From Lama guanicoe (lineage: Eukaryota), in the NCBI GenBank assembly GCA_013239625.1, contig MU054931.1:372001-436000 (forward strand): a DNA stretch of 64,000 nt, in the 5' to 3' direction. This document shows positions 1 through 14,214 of this stretch, in pieces. Every line of letters starts with the position of its first letter. The stretch's first letter is position 1. The translations under genes and the position numbers were made by a program. The notes beneath the pieces were generated by a model, which was not told where the DNA came from, did no database searches, and saw nothing but the letters and a program-made list of their open reading frames with translations.

Positions 1-637
1 CTGACTCCAGAGTCAGCACTCCTAACCTCTGTGTTCTACTTCCATCTACGTTGCAGCCCTTCCCAGGCCACGGTGTGGCAGGTTCAGGAGCAGAATGCAT
101 AGGTCTTTGCCAAAATGGTAAGTCCATGCGGCTTTTCAAGGGGATATTCCAGGTAACAGGAGGAAGAGGAACATAAAGGGGCTTCATGGAGGAGACAAAA
201 ACAGGAACCGATGTCACAGGAAAGGCAGGTCCTATTAAACTCATTTCGTTGCCATTCGCTGCAGAGGGAGGATGGTTTTTGGAAAAAGTAGATCGAACAT
301 TGTTGTGACACCGAAGCCAAAGTAGAAAGGAAAACGTGTCTTGCTGCTCCAGAATAGTAGCTGTCCTAGGATTCTGGGATTTTAGCTGGCCAGGAAGGAA
401 ACAGGACCCCTCCGTGCTGCGACTGCACACAGGGTGCCCGGGTCAGGAAGGGTCAAGGGGTGAGAGTCATGGAACCCAGCGCCCTAACGACCTTCCAGGC
501 CAGCTCTTCGTCTCATTTCACTCCATACAGTTGACTAGACGATGTTCAGTTCTGGGTATACTGTGCTATGGGACGCATTCATCGACCCTTCCATCCATGT
601 CCAGAGGAGGCAAGGCTGATGGTAGAGGGTGGATGTT

Positions 638-988
638 TATGTGGAATCTAAAAAAAAAAAAAAAATGAACTTATTTACAGAACAGAAACAGACTCACAGA
701 CATAGAAAACAAACTATGGTTACCAGGGGATAAAGGGGGTGGGAAGGGATAAATTGGGAGGTTGAGATTTGCAGATACTAACTACTATATATAAAATAGA
801 TAAAACCACAAGTTTCCACTGTAGAGCACAGGGAACTATATTCAATGTCTTGTAGTGACCTATAATGAAAAAAAATATGAAAACGAATATATGTATCTAT
901 GTATATGTATGACTGAAACATGTTGCTGTACACCAGAAATTGATATAACATTGTAAATTGACTCTACTTCAATTTAAAAAAAAAAAAG
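638..988 (+). mobile_element. 5'-truncated L1 3' end (artiodactyl type)
   Basis: tatgtggaatctaaaa...acagaaacagactcacagacatagaaaacaaac...cacagggaactatattcaa...poly(A); closely similar to the copy at 60693-61141. Confidence 0.85.
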
Positions 989-3900
989 AGATTGAATGCT
1001 GTGCCGTATGGAGAGCTCCTGGTGGAAATGGGGCCCCCCTGTGACTGCAGATGTAACATTTACATGCCACCATTCACAAACTGCTTTCACATGAGTTATC
1101 TTCCTTGGTCCCCACAATATTCTTCAGCAGTGGGTGCTCCCCCCTTTTTAGGATAGAGGAAACCAACATGCTCGCAGACCTGGAACTGAGTTACAACAAA
1201 GGCGCCGCCCAGGATCCCAGGCTGTCTTCAACCATCTGAGGGACAGTTGTGTAGAAGAGGGTTTAGATTTGTCCTGTTAGCTCCTCCTGGGGTCTAAAGG
1301 GGAAGGAATTTCCCAGCAGGATGGCACCCTGACCCTGGACGTGTTCAGATGGAGCCCCGAGATGGATTTGTAAGATTATGATACTGACTGGAGTTTGGTC
1401 TGATACCATCGTGGTCCTCAGACTTCAATTTCATGAACAAAACAACAACAACAACAATAATAATAATTAACACTCTTCCCGCCTGCCTTTTATCAGCTCG
1501 TTAAAAAAAGAAACTGAACACCGAGGGAAGAGGAGTCTGCTACTCCATTGCCTTTTTGTTTTTACATTTTGCTGTAGACTGGTAAAAAATTTGTCACAAA
1601 CTGGCAACGGTCCACAGACCATTATTTGTGAAACATTGGATTAGAAGGTTTTTAAGGGTCTTTCTAATTCTAAGAATTGTACCACGTTAAATCATACATT
1701 TGGGTACCTAATTATGGCTTTCTTATCTTTCAGCAAACATCTTGAAAGCTTTCTCAGTGCCAAGCAATGTGTTAAGTTCTTTCCATGTCAGCCAGTTTAA
1801 TCCTCCAAATGACCCTATGTGATAGGCAAATGCTAGTCCACTTTCAGTGGGGACCAACGTGGAGAAGTTGTATGACTTATCCCAGGTCACACAGCTGGAA
1901 TTCAATTCTGATGTCTGTGCTCAATGACAGCAGTCCACGCTTTTTATCATTAAATACTAATCAAATATTTCAAGAACCTGCATGGCCTCTAAGTTCCTAG
2001 ATGGCAGTCTGTACATTTTTAATTTCTGAATCCCACAACTGAAGTTAAGTGCAGCATCTCTACTGCATTCAACAAAATTAGCAAATATTTATTCAGTGCC
2101 TGGTGTGTATCAGCTCAGGGCTCACTGAGGCACACAGAAGATATCTGTTGACCAGTTCATCAACAAATTCCTATAGGAGAATGTGGACGCTATGAAATTG
2201 GTAAAATAGTTCTCTCATTTAACTTATATGCTATCTGAGTATTCAAATTCACAGGAATCACCAGCAAGGAGAGTCTTTGTTCAGACTTAACAACCCAAAG
2301 AAGAGAAGCCTTCATGTCCTGTTGCTTCTCAGACTCTCCCCTCCGTGCCAGGGGGAACTGCAAGGACCCGCTCCTGTATTTCCTGGGTTCCCCAGGCTGC
2401 ACCTGTTGCCCGCCTTACAGCCTGAATGACCAAATAGGCTCCCCTCTGGGTCATTTTGAGCCCCTGTGCCATCAAAAGGCTGTTGGGTAGAACCCATCAT
2501 GAGCCAAAGATGGGAAAGGCCGGTTCTAGGAGGAAAGGTGAGAGGACGTGGAATTATACGGTCAAGGGGGAAAAGTTCTAAAGGGACTGAGAGCCTGGTG
2601 GTTGACCTCACGGTTTATACTCATAGGATGTTCGTCACGTGCCCACCGTCCTGTGTGCAGGCAGGGTTTTGCTGTCGTGCACTGCCGCCGCAACAGTGAG
2701 ACGCGCGTCACCTGCCAGGAGCATCCGAGCAGCACCGTCGTTTGCTCAGCGTGAGCGCAGCAGGGGTGACTGAGCAGCCTCCACCGGCGTGTCTTGAGGA
2801 CAGGGGCTCAGGTGAGGCCACCGGAGCTGCCAGAGCTGCCCCTCTCTCCGCCACTACGCCGGTGCTGGGTGCCCCTGTCCCCCTGTAAGCACTGCCCTTC
2901 CCACAACCCCTGTACACACTCCTCCAGTGTCAGGGCTCAGGGACTGTGGGCGGGTGAGAAGGAAAGTGAGAAGAGCAGAATCTATCCATGACAACCTGAA
3001 GGTGGCAATAATCACATTTACTTGAAAATTGCCTGGGAATGAACTACATGTTCTTGTGTGTATATGCAAATATATGCAAATGCATGCAAATACGAGGCCC
3101 TCTTAACTATTTTCTCCATCTGGATGTGGCCCCTTGTGGTGAGGCCAGAAGGAAGTGGGCTCGAAGTGATGGATTCTGTCCAATTCTCCCTTTGGGCTGG
3201 TGGGCAGGAGGGGCTGGTGAAACATATCCTTTGTTCTCCAGACCACCTTTTTCTCATAGCTGGGATTTGGGAAAGGGGCTAGGGCACTTAGCTCATGATC
3301 AATCAATATAGATTCTTTGATTCAACGTGATCTGATCTGGAGAAGGTGGGCTTTGTGTTCTGTGTCCCCTTCCTTGTCCCCAGCCCCTCCCGTCGCACCC
3401 TGGCCCAGACCATGAGGTGACGACATGATGACATTATCATATTGCTCTTGGAACCACAATAAACCGGGAGACTTCCACACCCCTGAGCCTCAATCATCAG
3501 CTAGAAAAAGAAAAGGCTGAACTTAACTCACTTTAAGGTCCCCCCCAGAAGGTCAGATCTGAATGTCTGGAGTCTCTGATGGAAAATATAGCAACAGGAC
3601 TGTGCTGTGATGACTCACCACCAGCTGGATGCAAGAGAGGAACGAGCAGCTTTTTACGGTCGAAGTCGTTCTGAAACACAGACCTGGGTTCAAATCCTAG
3701 ATTTTTCTGGTTCCTAACAATTTATACTTGGACAAATTGCATAATTTCTGATTAGAGGGCCACATTTTCCCCTTTTGGTACTTAATTTCTGCCCTCCACA
3801 CGTGCATTAAGACTCATAACAGACATTTAAAATGCATACGTTATATCCAGTACAGGGCTAGGTTATAGAAATTGAAACATAAGGAAGACATAGACTCTGT

Positions 3901-5534
3901 CCTGAAGGCACCTAGTCCAGTGGCAGCAACACACAGCGACAGAGGCTGGATAACAGAGAGTGGTAACTTTTGTGCCCAAGATGCTTTGGGAGCACAGAGC
4001 AGGTGCACCTAACTCACCAACACAGCCTACGAGGAGATGGAGGATGGTTATAGGCAAGGGGCTCCTGAGCCAAGTTTTGAAGAACAAGTTTAGGCATTGA
4101 CCAAAGGAGATGAGCAGAGAGCTTTTCACTCCAATAGAGCCACCCCGTGCAAAGGCACAGAGGCCTGAGAGGAGGTGGTTTGCTTCTGGGGAGTCACGCG
4201 TCATGTCTGGAACTCAGCATGATTGGCAAGGCTAAAGAGCAGGTTGGAGGAACTTCGCTAAGGGGGACTGCAGCTGCCCCACTGAGGCTTGGCTTTACTC
4301 CAGGGTGATGGCCCATCAGGAGGCTGGCGAAGCTAGTTCCTCCGCTGCCCCAAGAAGCTAGATCTGCATGACCCCAGCCAGCATCCTACACCGTGGAACA
4401 GAGCTTTTCCCCAGCACAACTGTGAGGCTGGGAGAGCCTGTCTCTGGGCTCCCCCACCTCCGCTCCTCCTCCCACCTGACGCTTTGTTCCTTCTCAGCTG
4501 CCCGCTTTTCTCCTGTTTCCCTTGACCCTGCTTGCAGCAACATTTCTGATAAATTAACTTATGCTTAGTGTCTGTGACTTAATTCATTGCCCCTCTTAGA
4601 GGAATTTCTACCTTAAAAGAGGAACCAGGGTGACGGCAATGTTTACCAATAAGAGAAAGATTTCCAAGATCCATCATTTTGGGAATCAGCGGAGTGTGCT
4701 TGGGTACCAAGGACTGGACTATGAGGCCTTCCCACCACCATCCCTTCCCAATCCTGCCTCCCCACCTCCTCCCACCCCACTCACTCAGATCACACAGGAG
4801 ATCTGGGACTGCCTGCTGGGGGAAGGTCTGTGCCACCGGATGCAGACCAGGCCTGGCCAGTGAGGGTGGGACAGCGTGGTCTCTGCCTCAAGGACAAGGT
4901 GCCCAGACACAGCATCTAGGACGGGGAGATGGTGTGTGGACGTGTGTGAGTGGATCTGCCTGCCCCTGTGTATGATGTGACCCTGCCCGGCTTCCCCCCG
5001 ACCCACTACCTAGAGGGAGTGATAATTTTCCATCCTGTGGCTGTTGGCCAGCTCCTCGGCAGCCCTTAGATACTCAGTCACTTCCTACCCTGCTCTTAAC
5101 CACTAGCCTGACTTACTGACTGTCTCCTACAGTCCCCCTTCCTAGAGATCCCTCTCACCCAGAGCTAGAGGAGAAAAGAAAAGAAGAAAAGTGTGTTCTC
5201 CATCGCCCCACCGCCCTCAGACCTGTGCCATTCGGGACAAGATTTGCAGAAGGTCTACACTTTTGAGGCAGAGGGAGCATGAGAAGGAACCGGGATGTGG
5301 TGTTTCTCTCTCTTTGCCTAAAGCATGGGAACTAAGTGTGTGCAGGGCCTGCCCCCGACCCATGGTAATCTCTGAACTTTGAGGTGGACTCTGGAAGGCA
5401 GGGGGACTGGAGAAGGGAAGGGGAGCCAGGCCCTCCATCTGCCGGGAGTGCGGTGGTGGCTGGGGGACACTGGATGAAAATGGAACCCAGGGGGAATAGC
5501 CAACGAAGTGCGCGGTGCTTCCCAGACTTCCCTG

Positions 5535-5678
5535 AGCAAACAGATCACCTGGGATCTTGTCAAGGTGCAGATTCTTATCCAGCAGCAGCTCCGGGTGGAG
5601 TCTGAGCGTCTGTATTCACTACAGGCTCCTGGGTCACGCCCATATTGTGGTCCATGCCCACACTCTGAGTGGCAAGGG
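5535..5678. mobile_element. MER5A-like hAT MITE
   Basis: atcacctgggatcttgtcaaggtgcagattc...tggtccatgcccacactctgagtggcaagg. Confidence 0.55.
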
Positions 5679-6774
5679 TGGAGAATATGTAGACTTAATC
5701 GATCCTGAAGAGCTGGGGGAAGCTCAGGGGCTGCTCCCCCACTACGCCACCCTCCCACAGTCAGGCACCTCCAAAGGAAGCCCTGTTCCAGGGGACAGAG
5801 CACGTGAGGAGAGCCAGAATGTGGTCATTTAGGGTCCCCGGGCCAAGGTCAGGTGCCATACACAGCAATGCAGGGATATCGCTGCTTTTTGGCTGTCCAA
5901 GAACATTTTGTGCTCGACCCTGAATAAGACTGTAATGCAGCAAAAGCCAGCCCAAATGTCAGCAAGATGCCAGCAGCATCCCCCATTATCACCACCTCCA
6001 TCATCTCCAGCATCTCTTTTAAAGGAACGCTTCCTGGGACCTTTCTGTTAAACTGTCTCAGATTCTGTTAGCCCTTTGGTCACAGGGCTGAGTGGAGACA
6101 GAAGGTCAGAGGCAGAGGGGTAAGTCCCAGCAGTCCAGCACCTTCTGGTGGACTATCATGTTTGTAAAAACTTCCATTTTTGGTGGAATGGCCCAGACAG
6201 CAATGGACGTCTTCCCAATTGCCTGCAGGGCAGGCTCTTCTCTAATGCTAATTGTCGTGTGTTTTCCTCCTCGCTGTAACTCATCTTACAGCTTCCACAT
6301 TTGTCAGTTTGTTTAATCTCTATGTCAGATCTGTAAGCCGGGCAGCATAGGTGTCATTCCCTGCTTCCTCTCAAGGGAGGAAACTAAAGTTTAGAAAGCT
6401 AGTAAGTGACATATTTCAGAATGCCATGACCCATGTCTCCCAACTCAACCCAATGCTCTATCCAAACACCCATTTCTCATACATTTTGTATTTTCCTGGG
6501 GCATGGAGATGACCCTTGGAGTTCCTAATTGATGGCCAGGTGTCCTGGGGAATTGTCAACTCTGATTTTAAAAAGTTATCTTGACAAGACATTGTAAACT
6601 GACTATATGTCAATAAAATAAATAAATAAATACACACACAACACCACACACACACAATGTTTGTGTGTGTGTATATATATATACACACACCAAAAAATGT
6701 TATCTAAATTGAGATCATCCAAGACATGGCAAGGGGCAAGGGGAATTTAATAAGCAATTCCTTAATTTTATCAC

Positions 6775-6920
6775 TTCTTTTTCTTTCTGTTTGTTTTGTG
6801 GGGGGCTGGGGTGGGTAATTGGGTTTATTTATTTGTTTATTTTAATGGAGGTACTGGGGCTTGAACCCAGGATGTTGTGCATGCTAAGCACACGCTGTAC
6901 CACTGAACTATACCCTCCCC
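6775..6920 (-). mobile_element. tRNA-derived SINE, Vic-1-like (camelid)
   Basis: Minus strand GGGGAGGGTATAGTTCAGTGGTACAG...GGGTTCAAGCCCCAGTACCTCCATTAAAATAAA with Pol III A/B boxes and an A-rich tail. Confidence 0.85.
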
Positions 6921-9179
6921 CTACCGCTTCTATTTCTTAACGTTAATTCTAGCGAATAACTTTCTAAAATATGTATTTAGGCTTCTCTGCTTCCTTCTCA
7001 TAGGGCCCCTTTGTCTTCCTAGAGCCTATATCAGCAAATAAATCTGGCCCCTCGTGGGTCTGGTGAGACGTGGAGCTGAAGTGATAGCTTCTGACCACTA
7101 GAGGGACCCCAGGCACCAGCTACAATTTTTCTGTAGCAGTTGGTGCCTGGAATGGTACCCATCTCCTGGAAAAATTCAGGTCAGGCGCATATCTGGCTAA
7201 GAATGTTCATTGTTCTACAAACCAGGCCTGGGAGAGACCAGAGCATCCCCAGCTCTGAACCAGAGGACTTTAATTCGAGGATCCAAGCAAGGAGATTAAA
7301 ATCATCACAAGTGGAACCCAGACACCAGAATCAAAGAATATGCATTTTCAGTCCAGCTCTTTCATTTAACCTGTTATCCTAGGGTTTTCTGAGTCTTCGA
7401 GCCCCAAATATTCTGACTCAGAATATCTTGAGTTGAGTCAAGGGAAGTCTCCCCCCAGGTGATTCTGATGCACTGCCAATTTGAGGAAAAGCTGCCGGAC
7501 TGGTCCTGGCTCTGTCCCAAAGCGTGGGATATCCGTGTACTACGTTTTGATGATTTGTAACTGTCCAGCCCCAGCTTGAGTCCTTTCTGTAACTGTGAAC
7601 TCAAATCGGTTCTATCCTCTTATATTCTCTTCCACGGCGCCAGCTCTTTTCTCCTGTAATAGCATTTGTAACTTATCTGTGTGCTGAGTGTCTGATCTCT
7701 GCCTCTCTTACTTGTCTCTAAACTCCACAAGGGCAAGGCCTTCCCATGATATGCTCACCACTGTAAAACAAGAACACAGAGCAGCTTAGACCACACCGTA
7801 TGCGTGCGCGTGAGAGATTTTTTTACACTATCAAGAATGCCACATCCCATCCCTGTAATCTGCAATCCTGTTGTGCAAAGCCCTTCCTAACATTCAGTCA
7901 AAATCCATGTCTCTTATTTCTTCCCATCCTGTGTTTCTAGTTCTAAAGCAACAGCCACTCACATCTAATGCTCCTTTCACAACTATCCAGTTATACAAAG
8001 ACAGCTTCTATTTTCGACACTTTTTCCAGTGCCAGTGTTCCACCCGCACCCACCCCGTCTCCATCAGCCCCTCCTCATAGACGAGGCATGGTCTTTAGAA
8101 TGGTCATCATTTTGGGCCTTAAGAGCTTGGATCTGTTAGTGGCCCTTCCAACATGTGGAACCCAGAGCTGAGCCCTCTATTCCAAAAATGGCCTGTCCAG
8201 GGCAGGAGAGGGTGGGGCAGTGCCCTCCCCCGTCCTGTGCACTGCGTCTCTTAATGCAGCGCGAGTCTGCATTAGCTTTTTGGCTGCTACACACACTATT
8301 GAATCATCTTTAGCCTGTGGCCAAGTGAAACCTCTAAGTCTTTTTTTTTTTTTTTCTGTAAGATTGTCTGTTGAGCCAGGCCTCTTCCATCCTGTTTTTG
8401 TGCAATTGATTTAAAAAAAAAAAAAACTGATTTTGCATTCACTCTTAAACTTTGTTTAACTTCTGCAATATTTTTCTGTCCCAGAGACCTTCCCTACAAC
8501 TCACTCCTGTCACATTCCTAGAGGTTTCCATGGGTCTCCCTCTGCCGATCAGTCAAGAGTGTGAAGTGAGCCCGGGGCCTGCAGGGGTGGCTGCAGAGGA
8601 GGAGAGACATGGCCATGTTTTTGGAAGTTTCCAGGCTGATGGTAGAGACCGTCCACTTCTTCCTCACTACGTTCTCAGGTCACAGACAGAAAAGGGCCAG
8701 CTGACTTGTAAACAGCCTTCTTCTCCAACGCTCCACACCCTTTCCCTTTCTTTTGGGTAGTTGGCCTTCGTTGCACTGGCTTCCAGAATCTACCACACCC
8801 ACCTTGTGAGAGGATGCAGGGAAAATGCCCTTTATTCTTGTACCTTCCCTGTATCTGTACATAAAGGACATTCCTGGACGTGACAGTGAGATAGAAGCCC
8901 CCACTGACAGGGGGCTGAGGGTCTGTAGCTGTGAAACAGAGGCCTGCACTAAGGACCTTGCGGATTTTCTGTGTGTCCTGGGATCCGTGTATGTTTAGGG
9001 TTATGAGGGAGAGGGCTGGGAGTTACTGAGAACCAAGGAAGGAAGGGGACAGGAGGGGAGTGGATGAGTCCAGAGACATGCTGAATCCAGAACTGTGTCT
9101 GATTCATTTCTGTGTCTTCTGGGGCCTCTCACAGTGTCTTGAACTTACTAAAAAGCACTCAATACGTTCTTTAAAAAAT

Positions 9180-9352
9180 GTTGTTTTGTTTCTGGGGTTT
9201 CTTTGGTGTTCTGCTTTGTTTTTGTTTTTATTTTGGGGGGGTAATTAGCTTTATTTACTTAGTTGGTTATTTTAATGGAAGCACTGGGGATTGAACCCAG
9301 GACCTCGGGCATGCTAAGCACGTGCTCTACCACTGAGCTATACCCTCTCCCC
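9180..9352 (-). mobile_element. tRNA-derived SINE, Vic-1-like
   Basis: Same consensus; flanked by the direct repeat gttctttaaa (target-site duplication, TSD). Confidence 0.87.
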
Positions 9353-11398
9353 ATTACATGTTCTTTAAATAAAATAAGTTACATACCTCTAAGTGCCTTC
9401 AAGGGTTAACCTGACCAAGTACTCAGAACTGCAGGGTCAAATGCTGAATTCTGGCTGCAGAGGCCAGACCCATGAAAGAAGGAAGCAAAGTTCAGAGTTC
9501 AGGAAGGGCTGGAGGCAGGGGCACTAAACTGGAACTGAAGAGGAGGAAGGGGGATGGAGAATTAAAAAAAAGGCAATGGGGAAACGGAAGTGACTTTTAG
9601 GCCCAAGAAGGGCGTGGGCTCTCTGGCTGAGTGTCATGAAATCCAAGGAGGTGGCTGGATTTAGTTCTGAGCCAGTGGAAGACTGTCTCCTAGATCTCTC
9701 GGGGAGTCCCCTGGGACTCACTTGTCCTCAAGTAAAGATGAAGATGACAGCCCTTCCCAGCTCTCCCTGGCTGTCTGAAGCCTGCAGTTTTGTTCCAAAC
9801 GAAAGAACGTGTCGCTCCTCCAACGTGTGGCTCTGTGACTCGGGAACTGTGATGAAGTCCCCCAGCTCCAGCCGCCCGAAAGTTGACTCAGAAGACAGGC
9901 TCTCAGGCCAGAAACCGTGCACCAATGGTCCTTTAGGCTTTTCAACCCCCGAACACTTGCACGGCCTGGGAGAGGTGACCTGGAGGACATTAGCTGTGGA
10001 GATCCGGTTTCTGGCAGTTCTCCTGTGCTAATTCTTTGTTTCCTTGTTCCTCTTCCCCACGGGCCTGGAAACCCTCCAGGGTGGACACCACACTTTCCTC
10101 ATATGAAACTGATTCACATACTTAACACATGTTGACTGAGCTCTGACTACAGTCCACTCACAAAAGAGGAGACATTCCTGCATTCTTGGTGCTTTCCTGC
10201 TAATGGTGGGAAGGAGGGTAGGTTAGCAACGAGCTGGTAAGCAAACAAATGAAGAAACAAGACAATTTCAACGTGTGCTGCGTGGGACGCTGGAAGCATC
10301 CCAGGTGAATTGATGGGGGATCATTAGGTGCCTGGGGTGACCAGGGGCTACCTCCCAGTGGATGTCAGGGAAGGTCATTCTTGGAGGAGGTGATGTGTGC
10401 ACAGAGATCTCAAGGGTGAGACAGTGTCAATCACGTAAAGAGCGTTCCAGGCAGAAGAGATTTCAAGTGCAAAAACTGTTGGAGTGGAAACAGGATTTGC
10501 CCACTCAAAGAACAGAAAGTCCCCTAGGCCACTGGGCTCCCAGCTTAGAGAGCAAGGAGGAGACTGATGGAAGAGCTGTCAGGCAGCGGGACAGCATGTG
10601 AACTTGGCTCTAGGTGCAGCAGGGGAAAACTGAGTGCCGCATTTGGGGTGTAATACTATATTTTCCTGAAGACGGACTTCATAACTTTCAACAGATTTTC
10701 CAAGAGACCTGCGATCCACCCTCCACCCCAAACATTGATAATATCTGATGTGAAGGAAGAAGGGAAGCCCAGGCCTTTCAGAAAAATGCAACTGGGAGTC
10801 ACACACAGAGTACTCTTCCAGGACTCAGGGAACCACTTAGAAAAACAGTACAAACAGTAAGCCTGGAGGAGGTAAAAGTGGAATTTGGGACATTATCTGT
10901 GAAATCGTAGGGAGTGAGCAACTTGAAGTGCCCCCCGAATGTGGTAGGAATGGACCAAAAATGTAGGGACAGAGGGCAGTGTTGGGACTATAGGAAATTC
11001 TCATGCAAGACACCAAGGTTGCAGATGACGGGACAGCAAATTAGAGGGATTTGAAAATTACAAAGACGCCTCCCTCCCATTTATACAAATGTGTCAAAGG
11101 TTTCTGAAAGTCTGACTGTGACATAAACATGTCTGAAATCTCCTAAAACTATGCCCCCAAACCCCCGTCAATTTTTTTCAAGAATCTCTTTCAAGAAGAT
11201 TGTCTCCTCCCATCACCAAATAGTTCTAAGAAAGATGAAAACCGACATGCTTTTTGGCTGAGTTGATTTCTCCCCCACCCCCTGCATGCCCCACCGGCTC
11301 CGGCCCAAATCACCTGGAAGATGTGCAGAGATGACTTGGAAGGACTTGGACTTGTTAATTAACCTAAACAGTCACATTCATCTGCAAGGTGCATTATT

Positions 11399-11530
11399 NN
11401 NNNNNNNNNNNNNNNNNNNNNNNNNNNNNNNNNNNNNNNNNNNNNNNNNNNNNNNNNNNNNNNNNNNNNNNNNNNNNNNNNNNNNNNNNNNNNNNNNNNN
11501 NNNNNNNNNNNNNNNNNNNNNNNNNNNNNN
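11399..11530. other. Assembly gap (N run); further gaps at 30440-30595, 46672-46851, 47641-47772 and 48252-48383
   Basis: Runs of n in the sequence. Confidence 0.99.
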
Positions 11531-14214
11531 AGGGAAGTTTTCAATCAGAATTCCTCCGAGGGTGGTTTCTGGAAGAAGGTGATGATGGGGCTGGGGGTTT
11601 AGGGAAATAGGGGTAGATAGAAGGGCGTAAGCACCTGGTATTTGCTTCCTAAATCCTCTGGGCAGGGCCCCAGCATGAAATAAACTCTGGGAGTCAACGT
11701 GGTCTTCAATCTTCCCTTAAGAAATAAATCTCCTTCCATAAAGAAGCCATGCAGACTGACCCTCCCCAGGGCGTGGTGTGTTCCCAAGAGCCTGCTCCCT
11801 GGCCATCATATTTCAGAGAGGATTTTTTTTCTTTAGCCAGGAGGCCCAATAACTCATACACAGCTAAAGTCCCTGCCATCCCCAAGATTAAATTCTTAAG
11901 GGTTCTAAGGAAATGGGATTTGTATTCCTGGAGGGCTGCAGGAAAGACGGCAGGTTCAGACCAGTTTTGGAGTGGTCAGTGGCATGCAATGGGTTAAACG
12001 GACTGGGGTAACAGGACCCCCAGGAAAGCCTTAAAGAAATGACTGAGGTCAGGGTTAGACTTACAGAAGAACTATCCGAATGCAGTGCAGATAACACAGG
12101 AAAAGGCCAGCCCCTGAGAGCCCTGGGCAAGGCAGCAGGGATGGAAGGGGGAGGAGATAACCGTGGAGAGGCATCGCCAGCCCATCCAGACCTCTTATCA
12201 GCTGCAGGCTTCTGCCTCTGCCTTTCCTTTGTGAGAGATGTGAGAGCCACAGAGCTGCATGGGGGTCTCTCCAACGGGACTGAGCGAGGAGGGATTTCTA
12301 TCTGGAGGTGTGGGGTTGTGGGGTAGATAAGACAACCTTGGGGGTCTTAAATTAAGCCTCCATTGCATCAGGTTGACACTGGAAGATTCAGCAAGTTGAA
12401 AATGCCCTCTCCTCCCCCTTAACTAGGTCAGCCTCTGAATCCAGTAGCTTGAAGGGAGTTGGGCAATGTCTGAAGGACTGAGAAAGTGGTCAGGGGCTGG
12501 AGGGGAAATTCTGAGAATAGGCTGGGAAGGGGATGAGAAAAAAAGAAAACACTGGGACACGTTCATGAACTGTGGCTGGAGACCTTAGCATAATTTAGGC
12601 TTGTAAATTATCTATTTTTTTTTCTTCATTTTCTTTCCCTTCTCGTCTGTTTCAGAATGTCTCCCGCGTCTCAATCAGTCCCTAAATCCCGCCTTTCAAT
12701 TTAGGATGCACCAATCAGGAGCTAATGTGGTGGTTGCTAAGGGACAGGAGGTGGGGGGGATTTAGCGGATTTGTCACTGCACCCACCCAGGAAAACTCCC
12801 CGAGCCTTTCACATCACCTGCCTAAGATGCTCTACCTCATCTCTGCTCCTCTCCTGAACTCTCCTGTTTATCTCCAAGCCCAAAGAGTCAAGCAGAAATT
12901 GTTTAGGGGGAAACCAAGTGTAGCACATCTTTGAAAAATGGAAAGACCAAGTCTGGATTCAGACAGATGTAAGGTACCCTCTCAAGCTTCCCCAGGTTTC
13001 ACCTGGGTTGGAGGAAGAAACTCATTTTTGTGGGTATCTTGGGTGGAGGGTGATTTGTTGGTGCCAGTGGAAGTTGTTCCCCTTATGAAGAGGGGCTTAT
13101 TCATCATCCTTCCGGTCATCACCTGAACTTGACTGTGTGGGGGGCTGAGAAAAAGCCCCCACGGTCATGACTAAGCAGAGTGGTATTTGGGAAAGAGATC
13201 CCTGGGGCAAAGGGGTGTAGTGTGGGAAGTGGAAGGGTAATTTGTGTGGGGAAAAAACGATTTCTTCTGAGAGCTGAAGGTGCTTCAAAGGGAAATTGGG
13301 GGGGGGGATTCCAAGCAGAAAGTGACCCTGATCAGGCCCTTCCCCATTAAGTGTCTTACGCTTCACAACTTCTTGGCTTTTTGTTCCCTCTACACATCCT
13401 ACGCAGAAAAGACGAGATACAGAAAGTGGCGTAAAGACAGTTTATTTGGGTAAAGAGTGAGTTATCAATCCTGATCCCATATCCTGGGAACAAGGATGAA
13501 GAGCTGAAGGAGGTGGAGGGAGCGGCCAGCACACACGCAGGCATCGGTTGTTACACGCCTGCCTCTAACGTGGATATGGGTTCTAACAGATTGAGACAGA
13601 TACACACACGGGCGTGCACGCGCACACACGCGCATTAGGACTATGCTGAGGAACAAACCTCGGAGAGATGACTCCCGAGAAGTGGCTTTCCAGTGATCTT
13701 GATGTGCTTTCCTGGGCTAAGTAAGCCCCCCTCGGATGCTTGCTCCCTGCCGGCTCTATCTCTAAGCAAAGCCAACAGGCGTCAGGGAGATGGAAGGCAG
13801 AGAGGGAGGCTAGGCGGGCCGGGCAGGGAGCAGGAGTCCTGCTCTGGGCTCATGTTCACTCATTTCTGTTCTCGCTCCGATTTCTTTTCCGATTTCATTT
13901 GCTCTCTGTGGCAGCTTCTCTCCTCTCTTTAACTGCTAAGCCATCTCTCCTAGTCCTTTCAGGTTTAGCTGCTCTCCCCAGGGTCTGGTCCCCCTGCTCA
14001 CTCTTCCTTCTCGACATGGCAGGAACCTCACACCTCAAGAGAACATCTGTGTGCCCTGAGGGTGTTTGCACGGCATCACTTTCTCCCCATGCCAGCTAGA
14101 GAGCACACTGGCAGGAGAGACTGGTGTGCAAGGTCTCTCCCGCCACTCTCCTCCATCTCCTCTGCATCCCCAGACAAAATGAGAAACCACCAGCTTCATA
14201 AAAAGAGCATCGAC

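Noticed and set aside
6630-6690. (CA)n...(TG)n(TA)n inverted microsatellite that could form a hairpin or Z-DNA
   Set aside because: A common compound microsatellite with no sign of function.
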